Position numbers and translations under genes: made by a program. Shown one piece after another: positions 9,179 to 16,522 of a DNA stretch of 16,747 nucleotides. Numbering within the stretch: position 1 is the stretch's first letter; each line of letters begins with the position of its first letter. The notes below the pieces were generated by a model. The model was not told the origin of the DNA and ran no database searches. It was given only the letters and a program-made list of their open reading frames with translations. Source of the DNA: Fidelibacterota bacterium (GTDB lineage Bacteria > Fidelibacterota > Marinisomatia > Marinisomatales > JABMOV01); NCBI GenBank assembly GCA_046861395.1, contig JBHHUC010000048.1:1-16747 (forward strand), given 5' to 3'.

Positions 9179-9806
9179 TCATACCATCCTGCGGAAAGGA
9201 ATTCTGTCGCTGCTGGAAGATGAACCGGAGATCACTGTGGTGGGAGAAGCCGCCGATGGTATTGAGGCGGTTCGCCTGGCACGGAAACTAAAGCCGCAGG
9301 TCGTGGTGGTGGATATTTCCATGCCCCAAAAAAACGGTCTGGAGGCCACCCGGGAAATCCTGCGCAGCAATAAGGCCACCAAGGTCCTCATGCTTTCCAT
9401 GCACGGCACCCAGCAATACATTGTTAACAGTCTCAAAGCCGGGGCTTCCGGTTATATCCTCAAGAAAAATGCAGTGGAAGAACTGATAGCCGGCATTCGT
9501 ACCGTCATTAAAGGAAAACGGTATTTAAGTCCGTCCGTGTCAGATATTCTACTGGAGGATGTAGTGGGATCGGACTGGAAACCGGAGGATATCGCGGAGC
9601 CGGTCCTCAGTAGCCGTCAGAAGGAAATATTGCAACTGATTGCAATGGGCAACACCATGAATGAAATTGCAGAATTACTCCACTTAAGTGTCTTTACCGC
9701 CACCACACACCGCAAGATGATCATGAAAAAACTCAACCTGCACAACACAGCCGACCTTACCCGTTACGCCATTCGTAAAGGACTGGTGGACATTAACGAC
9801 GAATGA
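9147..9806 (+). CDS. NarL/LuxR-family DNA-binding response regulator
   Basis: REC residues ADDH, VVDISMP, MLSMH, GYILK; LuxR HTH LSSRQKEILQLIAMG...EIAELLHLS...THRK.IMKKL; SD AAGGAG; 32-nt overlap with the kinase. Confidence 0.95.
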   Translation: MTKISVLIADDHTILRKGILSLLEDEPEITVVGEAADGIEAVRLARKLKPQVVVVDISMPQKNGLEATREILRSNKATKVLMLSMHGTQQYIVNSLKAGASGYILKKNAVEELIAGIRTVIKGKRYLSPSVSDILLEDVVGSDWKPEDIAEPVLSSRQKEILQLIAMGNTMNEIAELLHLSVFTATTHRKMIMKKLNLHNTADLTRYAIRKGLVDINDE

Positions 9807-9826
9807 TATTCTGAGGGGCGGATTCC

Positions 9827-11509
9827 ATGGATTATATTCAACGGATTTTCAATAAACCCTGGCTGGTGGCGCTATTGGTGGGAACCGCCATTCACGGTTC
9901 CATGGAACTGGGTGCCTTCCTGCTTCTGGGACACAGTTATCTGAGGTCTCTGCAGGAAAACCTTACTTACGGTATGATCCGGTTTATCGTTCCCTATCTC
10001 ATTCCCTTCATCATTGCCAGTATCAGTCGTTACCTGGTGAATCTATCGGTGCGGCGGAACATGGAAATGTTTCCCGAGGCTAACCCGGACATGATTCTCC
10101 GGCTTGACGGTGACGGGAATCGTATCTATACCAATCCCATGACCAGGGAATTCCTGGATAAATTTAAGTTGCCCGAAGCGGAACTGACGGCCCAATTATA
10201 TGCGCTGGCCCGGGAAAACGGCCGGGAAAACAGGGAACGATTGTACACCATTCCCTTTCATGACCATACCCTGACGGTGAATTATCAGTTTCATGCCGAT
10301 TCGCAGGAATATTTCTTCTCAATTCGAGATGTAACTCGATTACAGGCTTCATACCGGGAAATTGAAGAAAGTCGGAATCGCATCTTGGCACTTACGGGTC
10401 ACATTGATCATATTTTTGCGGCCTTCCATCAAAAATCATTCAACCTTGAGAAAACGTACAGTACGACATTACAGGAAATTCTCTGTGATCAGGGCGGAGG
10501 GCATGATAAACCGGTGGCCATTTTGCTGGCTCATCGGGGGCAAGACAATATTTTACGCGGCAATATATATCAGCGGAGAAAGGGGAAACTTAGCGTTTCA
10601 CAGGAATTGACAATTGATCCGCGTAAACGGACTTATGCCATATTAATGGGTGAGAGAGAAGTGTATTGGGAGAACTGGAACAAATTCAACAACAGTCATG
10701 AATCGTTCATGGCACAGTTTCATCGGGATGTGCGAAAAATAATTCCTGATTTCACCGGCTATGCTACCTATACCAGCAGCGATATTTCGGCGCTGGGCTT
10801 TTTCCGGCGCACCGTCGTCAATGAGAATCATGCCGTAGTGCTGAAAACTATCACCATCATTGCCAAGGTACTGAACCTGATCAGTGAGCAGGTCGATTCG
10901 ACCCGGGAGGCGTTTCGCTACGCGGTACGGGCTCTGGCGCGGGCCGCAGAAGTCAATGATGAGGATACGGGCGATCATATCCTGCGCGTCAATGATTATT
11001 CCCGTCTCCTGGCCCAGAAGCTTGGTCTTGACAGCCAATTTATCGATGAAATTCATTACTCGGCTCAGATGCATGATGTAGGGAAAATTCACATTCATCC
11101 CGATGTTCTCCGGAAAAAAGGAAAACTGACAGGGGAAGAAATTGCCGTCATGAAACGCCATCCCCTCATTGGAGCCCGGATCCTGGGAAATCAACCGGCT
11201 TTAACCATGGCACATAATATTGCCCTGTATCATCATGAACGCTATGACGGTACTGGCTATCCCCACGGTGTGGCGGGCCGGGACATTCCGCTGGAAGCCC
11301 GTATCGTGGCCATCGGCGATGTCTATGATGCCCTGCGCCAGGAGCGCAGTTATAAGAAAGCCTTTTCCCATGACGAAGCGGTGGCAATCATCCGGGATGG
11401 AGACGGGCGTGTAATGCCGGAGCATTTTGATCCGGATATCTGGCAACTGTTTACCGAATTTCATGGGGAATTCGAAACCATCTTTGATACCTACCGACCA
11501 ACGGACTGA
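9827..11509 (+). CDS. Membrane-anchored HD-GYP domain protein (putative c-di-GMP phosphodiesterase) with PAS-like domain
   Basis: Two N-terminal hydrophobic helices; PAS-like FPEANPDMILRLD.DG..IYTNP; DEDTGDHILRV, MHDVGKI, MKRHP.IG, HHERYDGTGYP, ARIVAIGDVYDAL...RSYK, HFDP. Confidence 0.92.
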   Translation: MDYIQRIFNKPWLVALLVGTAIHGSMELGAFLLLGHSYLRSLQENLTYGMIRFIVPYLIPFIIASISRYLVNLSVRRNMEMFPEANPDMILRLDGDGNRIYTNPMTREFLDKFKLPEAELTAQLYALARENGRENRERLYTIPFHDHTLTVNYQFHADSQEYFFSIRDVTRLQASYREIEESRNRILALTGHIDHIFAAFHQKSFNLEKTYSTTLQEILCDQGGGHDKPVAILLAHRGQDNILRGNIYQRRKGKLSVSQELTIDPRKRTYAILMGEREVYWENWNKFNNSHESFMAQFHRDVRKIIPDFTGYATYTSSDISALGFFRRTVVNENHAVVLKTITIIAKVLNLISEQVDSTREAFRYAVRALARAAEVNDEDTGDHILRVNDYSRLLAQKLGLDSQFIDEIHYSAQMHDVGKIHIHPDVLRKKGKLTGEEIAVMKRHPLIGARILGNQPALTMAHNIALYHHERYDGTGYPHGVAGRDIPLEARIVAIGDVYDALRQERSYKKAFSHDEAVAIIRDGDGRVMPEHFDPDIWQLFTEFHGEFETIFDTYRPTD

Positions 11510-11612
11510 ATTCCGGAGGTTGTTTCCGGCGGGAATTTTTATTCCTTAAACGGGAAAAAATCGGTAAACTGTTTCACCAATTCATTTCCGATTTCAAATT
11601 AGAGAGGGTAAG

Positions 11613-12896
11613 ATGAACATACGACGGATTGTAATCGTGACCATTCTACTGCTGAGCGCTGTAACGGTGCTATCGGGGCAGGAGAAAGGAAAAACCGGTT
11701 GGAGCATAGGTGGCATTCCGGCGGTTTCCTATGATTCGGATACCGGATTTCTTTACGGGGCTATTATCAATGCCTATGATTATGCCGACGGATCGTATTA
11801 CCCCGATTATAAAAAATCGATATACATGGAATGGTCCCGGACGACCAAAGGCAGCGGCCGGAATGTCCTGTTCATGGACCTGAAGGATTTATTCAACAAG
11901 GGGTACCGTGCAACGATTGATATTTCCTATCTCACAGAAATGGCATTGGATTTTTATGGCTTCAACGGGTACGAAACGAAATTCAATGCCGATTATATCG
12001 ACGACAGCGAAACCAATTCTGATTACATTACGCGGGTCTATTATAAACATGACCGGAAATTGCTGCGAACGACGATGGATATCCAGAACCAACTGCCCAT
12101 GGCCCATTCCCGCTGGTTTGCCGGTGTGGGTTCCTATAACATAGACGTGGGCCCGGTGGATGTGGATGCCCTGAACGAAGGTAACCAGGACACCTTGCCC
12201 GTGGGCGTGGAAACCCTCTTTGATTCCTACGTGAACCAGGGTGTAATCTCCAGCGATGAGTCCGATGGTGGAAGGGTGAATTTTTTCAAGGCCGGCCTGA
12301 TCTATGATACCCGGGACAATGAACCGAATCCCATGCGGGGCATGTGGACGGAGGGTCTGATCCTGGTTGCTTCGGCGGAAACGGGATCCTATTCCCAGCT
12401 GGTGATAACTCACCGGCAATATTTTACCTTGAAAGACCCGGATTTATCCTTTGCCGTACGGGTGGGGTACCAGGGGAAATTATCCGGTGATATCCCGTTC
12501 TATATGTTACCGTTTGTCCACAGTTCCTATAAAACCACCGATGGCTGGGGCGGCTCCAAGACGTTGCGCGGTGTCCTGCGCAACCGCGTCGTCGGGAATA
12601 GCGTCTTTTACGGAAATGGTGAAATCCGCTGGAAATTCAAACGGTTTGCCCTGGCGAATCAGAACTTTTATCTGGCATTGAACGCCTTTGTGGACGGGGG
12701 AGAAGTGGTCCAACCTTATGACCTCCCTGAATCGTACACGCCTTCGGCCTCGAATGATTCATTCCACCTGGGATATGGCGGCGGATTTCGTATCGCGATG
12801 AATGAAAACTTTATCATAGCGATTGACAAGGGTTGGCCCGGCGATCCCCAGGATGGCACGGGTGGCCTGTATATTGGTTTGGGGTACCTATTTTAA
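11613..12896 (+). CDS. Omp85 (BamA/TamA superfamily) outer-membrane beta-barrel without POTRA domains
   Basis: Signal peptide immediately followed by barrel strands (IPAVSYDSDTGFLYG); YDTRDNEPNP.RG; L6-loop-like GG..TLRG; GEIRW; GYGGGFRI; C-terminal YIGLGYLF. Confidence 0.85.
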   Translation: MNIRRIVIVTILLLSAVTVLSGQEKGKTGWSIGGIPAVSYDSDTGFLYGAIINAYDYADGSYYPDYKKSIYMEWSRTTKGSGRNVLFMDLKDLFNKGYRATIDISYLTEMALDFYGFNGYETKFNADYIDDSETNSDYITRVYYKHDRKLLRTTMDIQNQLPMAHSRWFAGVGSYNIDVGPVDVDALNEGNQDTLPVGVETLFDSYVNQGVISSDESDGGRVNFFKAGLIYDTRDNEPNPMRGMWTEGLILVASAETGSYSQLVITHRQYFTLKDPDLSFAVRVGYQGKLSGDIPFYMLPFVHSSYKTTDGWGGSKTLRGVLRNRVVGNSVFYGNGEIRWKFKRFALANQNFYLALNAFVDGGEVVQPYDLPESYTPSASNDSFHLGYGGGFRIAMNENFIIAIDKGWPGDPQDGTGGLYIGLGYLF

Positions 12897-12975
12897 GATT
12901 ACCTGCCGACGACAAGGTCCAGCGGACTCGTCGTTTCTCGATCTTTCACCACTGCTTGGCTAATCAGGAGGGTTT

Positions 12976-14370
12976 ATGAGTCCTTGGGATCTTGACGTTA
13001 ACCTGCGAACGGTCATTATGGATTTACTCTATTTGAGTATGTTTATCCTGATAGGTACGATCCTGCGCCGTTATATTAAATTTTTCCAAACCTACCTCGT
13101 CCCTAATAATTTTATCGGTGGGTTCATCGCTCTGCTGGTCGGAACCCAGGGATTGGGCTGGGTCGATCTGGCATCGGATCGCCTGGTGCTTTATGTCTAT
13201 CATTTTCTGGCCCTGACCTTTATTTCTCTGGGACTGCGCCAGGAGAAAAAGAAATGGGGGAAAGGTCCGCTGAGCAAATCCATTGCCGCCCTCATCTCCT
13301 ATCTAATTCAGGGCCTGATTGGGCTGAGTGTGGCCTTGGCCCTGGTCTATACCATAAATCCGGATCTCTTCGTTGGGATCGGGCTGGTTGTTCCGCTGGG
13401 GTTCGGCATGGGACCGGGTTTGGCGGCCACCCTGGCCGGAAGCTGGGAAAAGTTTGGTTTTGAAGGCGGTGCCCAGGTGGGATTGACCTTTGCGGCGATC
13501 GGGTATGTATATGCCTTTTTTGTCGGTATGGCCATTATCAATTGGGGCATCCGGACCGGAAAGACGGCCTTCATTAAAGGTGTTGACCACATTTCCACCG
13601 ATATGCGTCGGGGCATCATCAAGAACGGAACACCGGGTGTCGCCGGTCATTTGCCCCAGTCCACCGAAGCCATCGAACCGCTGGCATTTCACCTGGCCCT
13701 GGTGGGTACCGTTTACCTTCTGACCTATTTCATTGTGAATTTCCTGGCCGGAGTCATGGTCAGTAATGGCCTGGAAGGATTCGTAGCGACGCTGTGGTCT
13801 TTCCATTTTGTCGTGGGACTGCTCCTGGCTTTGCTGGTCCGGAAAATCCTGGATAAATCAGGCCGGGGATATCTGGTGGATAACGGATTGATGACACGGG
13901 GCATGGGATTATTCCTGGATTATCTGGTGGTGGGCGCCATCGCCGGGATCAGTTTTACCATTGTACTGCAGTATTGGCTGCCCATTCTCATCATGTCCCT
14001 TTTGGCGGGACCCGCCACGCTGGTGTGGCTCTACTGGGCCTGCCGTCGGGCGTTTGACGACTATCATTTTGAACGGTTTGTGGAAATATTCGGAGAAATG
14101 ACCGGAACCATCAATTCGGCCCTGGTTTTGTTGCGGGTTGTGGATCCGGAATTTGACTCACCGGTGGCGGAGGATGCCGTGTACGGCAGCGGGATCAGTC
14201 TGTTCCTGGGGTTCCCCCTGTTGATTACTCTGAATGTACCATTCGTTTATTTTGACGGCGCCATGAAGGGCTACTGGGTGGCGGCCGGTATTCTGCTGGC
14301 ATACCTGATCCTCCTGTTGGTGGTCTGGCGACTTTCCGGATTCCTGAAGTGGAAACCGGTTATTGACTGA
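12976..14370 (+). CDS. Sodium/glutamate symporter (GltS/ESS) family transporter; substrate uncertain
   Basis: 464 aa with about 12 hydrophobic segments; LRR.I.FFQ.YLVP..FIGG, GFGMGPG, GLTFAAIG, FG..TGT...ALVLLRVVDP; SD AGGAGG. Confidence 0.8.
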   Translation: MSPWDLDVNLRTVIMDLLYLSMFILIGTILRRYIKFFQTYLVPNNFIGGFIALLVGTQGLGWVDLASDRLVLYVYHFLALTFISLGLRQEKKKWGKGPLSKSIAALISYLIQGLIGLSVALALVYTINPDLFVGIGLVVPLGFGMGPGLAATLAGSWEKFGFEGGAQVGLTFAAIGYVYAFFVGMAIINWGIRTGKTAFIKGVDHISTDMRRGIIKNGTPGVAGHLPQSTEAIEPLAFHLALVGTVYLLTYFIVNFLAGVMVSNGLEGFVATLWSFHFVVGLLLALLVRKILDKSGRGYLVDNGLMTRGMGLFLDYLVVGAIAGISFTIVLQYWLPILIMSLLAGPATLVWLYWACRRAFDDYHFERFVEIFGEMTGTINSALVLLRVVDPEFDSPVAEDAVYGSGISLFLGFPLLITLNVPFVYFDGAMKGYWVAAGILLAYLILLLVVWRLSGFLKWKPVID

Positions 14371-15184
14371 GAACCGGCGCTTCCGTCAGCTGTTCCGGGT
14401 TTTCCAGATATTTACGAACATGGTGAGCCAGGGCGCCGCCGTGGTAACCGTCCATGATGCGATGATCCATGGTAGCCGTGAAAGGCATGATGGTACGGAT
14501 CACGATTTCACCATTTCGAACCACCGGCTTTTCTTCTGCCTTACCCATGATGATCACCAAAGGCACATTGGAGGCCGGTAACAGAGCCGCCATACCCGTA
14601 CTGAGCCCGTGGGTACCGATATTGGACAACACCACGGATCCGAACATATCATGTTTCAGACCCAGGGATGGAAATTCGAGGCCCAGCGTGTGATGGAAAA
14701 ACTTGATAATAACGAAGACCCAACGGCGAAAAGGCCAGGGAATCATGCCCAACACATTCTTGTTCCCCATTCCTTCCTGCTCTGAGCCCTGCCGGCTGCG
14801 AGCGGCTTTGTCCCGGATTTCAGTGGCAATTTCATAGACCGTTTTTTCGTGGGCCCGGCGAACTCGGACACTGGACATTTCCTGTCCCCGGGACATGTTC
14901 ACGGACACCGCTACGATGACATCTTTCCGGGGGATGAATCGGCCGCGGCTCAGGTAGCAGTTGATTTCCGGCAGGTTGTGCCCGATGGCACGGCCGATGG
15001 CCGCCACGGCCAGATGGGTAAAGGTAATTTTCTTCCCCGCCGCCCGTGTTTTTTTCACCAGCCGTTCTGCTGCGGTGATATCAATTTCCACCGTTCCGTA
15101 CACGCGGCTGTCTTTGGGGACTGTGTATAACGCTGTGGCCAGGCGGCGCCAGGGTGAATTATAAATTGTTTTATTATCTGACAT
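14360..15184 (-). CDS. Stand-alone 2-oxoacid dehydrogenase E2-type acyltransferase catalytic domain
   Basis: VEID.T, ITFTH...AAIGRA....PEINC, LSNIG, KPVVRNGEIVIR, catalytic DHRIMDG; no lipoyl or E3-binding domain. Confidence 0.88.
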   Translation of the reverse strand: MSDNKTIYNSPWRRLATALYTVPKDSRVYGTVEIDITAAERLVKKTRAAGKKITFTHLAVAAIGRAIGHNLPEINCYLSRGRFIPRKDVIVAVSVNMSRGQEMSSVRVRRAHEKTVYEIATEIRDKAARSRQGSEQEGMGNKNVLGMIPWPFRRWVFVIIKFFHHTLGLEFPSLGLKHDMFGSVVLSNIGTHGLSTGMAALLPASNVPLVIIMGKAEEKPVVRNGEIVIRTIMPFTATMDHRIMDGYHGGALAHHVRKYLENPEQLTEAPVLSQ

Positions 15185-15725
15185 GGAGACAGTTTACAGA
15201 AATTCCTCTCTCGTTTGAAGGAGGAAATTCAGAGATTTCGGATGGCTGAACCCGGGGAAAAAGAGGGACGGACTTTTCGTGCCTGAATGATGGAATTCAA
15301 TCCATTCCACCACCCATAGTGACATTTTCCATAATGATCGTGTTTGACATAATCCTGATTTTTCCCAGGACGTTTTTCACTAACCGCCGGTCCTCGTTTA
15401 TTGTTTTGAAATGTTTTACATTACACCGAACCAGAATGACGATTCATTGTATGATGCCGGAGGGTTGAAGATAGAGAGGCCATGATGAGCCTGAAATTAT
15501 AATTGCATCAAACCTGGCCACTTGCTGGACGTGATCCCCCAGCGTTGTTTCAGGCCTGGCATAGCACGTGGCCGGTATGTTTGTGTTTATTGCCATAAAC
15601 GGATTATTATTTATCCAAAACGTATTACACCCTGATTGGGCACCGGCAGATTTTTATTTTTCTATCGGAAATTCTATTCCACGTTTTGGTCCGATGTGAT
15701 CCGCCAATGAAAGACGTGAAACCGC

Positions 15726-15754
15726 TTGAATTTAAGATATTATTATATTAATAT
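15726..15754 (+). promoter_or_regulatory. Possible sigma70-type promoter upstream of cheD
   Basis: TTGAAT-N17-TAATAT; the context is very AT-rich, so a chance match is plausible. Confidence 0.3.
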
Positions 15755-15982
15755 GTTTCATGGTCTGGTACTCCTCAATCTGTCTTCGGATTTGTTCGGA
15801 CATATTATCTCAACTTCGAGAAAATCCAGGCCTAATTCAAATTCCAAAATGTTTACCGCATACGATTGAATATTTCAAATATAACCACACTATTTCTATT
15901 TGTGTTTATCAGGTCCCTGCTCATGGTTTAAACTCCCATTTCGCAAATCTGTATCGCAGATGTTAAATGCATTTTTAGATCG

Positions 15983-16522
15983 ATGCACACCGGTAAACAA
16001 ATAGTAAATCATAATTCAGAAACAATTGTTGCCACAGGATTTCTGGCCACAGGCTCAGGAGAGGGATTGATAAGAACAACGCCTTTAGGCTCCTGTGTGG
16101 CTGTTATTGCATATGATACTACTACAAAGACCGGCGGCATTGCCCATATCATGTTACCCGGCAGATCACCGAAAAAATGCAAAGAGGGTGAAAACAAATA
16201 TGCCCAAAACGCCATCTCGAATTTAATAAACGATTTAATCCTTTTGGAAACATCAACAACGAATATTGAAATTTGTCTTGTTGGCGGGGCAAATGTCCTG
16301 AAAAAGAAATATGATAATATTGGCCGTGACCTTATTCGTAGTATTTTAGAAAACCTAAAACAGCAACACCTTATCGTTTCTGCCTCATCACTGGGGGGAT
16401 ACAAGAGACGAAACACCAGTCTGCAATTAAGTTCGGGAATTGTTACAATGGCGGTTGGTGACGAAAGCGAGCAAATATTATATCATTTTGGTGTTAATTC
16501 ATATCCGGAAAGTTTGTCATGA
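15983..16522 (+). CDS. cheD: CheD-family chemoreceptor glutamine deamidase
   Basis: Catalytic Cys in TTPLGSCVAV, catalytic His in GGIAHIMLP, KYA..AI..L, VGGANV, NIG, LGG..RR; 179 aa. Confidence 0.92.
   Translation: MHTGKQIVNHNSETIVATGFLATGSGEGLIRTTPLGSCVAVIAYDTTTKTGGIAHIMLPGRSPKKCKEGENKYAQNAISNLINDLILLETSTTNIEICLVGGANVLKKKYDNIGRDLIRSILENLKQQHLIVSASSLGGYKRRNTSLQLSSGIVTMAVGDESEQILYHFGVNSYPESLS

Noticed and set aside
11509..11540. Hairpin plus T-run after the HD-GYP gene as a terminator
   Set aside because: The stem is short with G-U pairs and is separated from the T-run; too weak to call.
12907..12933. CGACGA...GTCC-AGC-GGAC-TCGTCG hairpin between Omp85 and GltS
   Set aside because: Bulged stem with a poor U-tract; at most an mRNA-stability element and not supportable as a feature.
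10643..13806. Long antisense ORFs (10643-11194, 11889-12419, 13303-13806) and other shadow ORFs in the track
   Set aside because: They lie opposite well-supported genes and show no protein motifs; typical shadows of codon bias.
15289..15312. ATGGA-ATTCAA-TCCAT-TCCACCA resembling a tRNA/tmRNA 3' end or att remnant
   Set aside because: The loop is not the canonical 7-nt TTCRAAT, spacing to CCA is too short, and there is no acceptor stem or upstream cloverleaf.
15481..15500. TGATGAG...GAAA resembling a hammerhead ribozyme core
   Set aside because: It reads ATGATGA rather than CTGATGA, and there is no room for stem II.
15866..15878. TTGAA-TAT-TTCAA palindrome as an FNR/CRP-type box
   Set aside because: Spacing and half-sites do not fit TTGAT-N4-ATCAA, and short palindromes are expected in AT-rich DNA.
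15760..15966. 68-aa ORF upstream of cheD
   Set aside because: No SD, atypical composition and no motif; likely a chance ORF in leader DNA.
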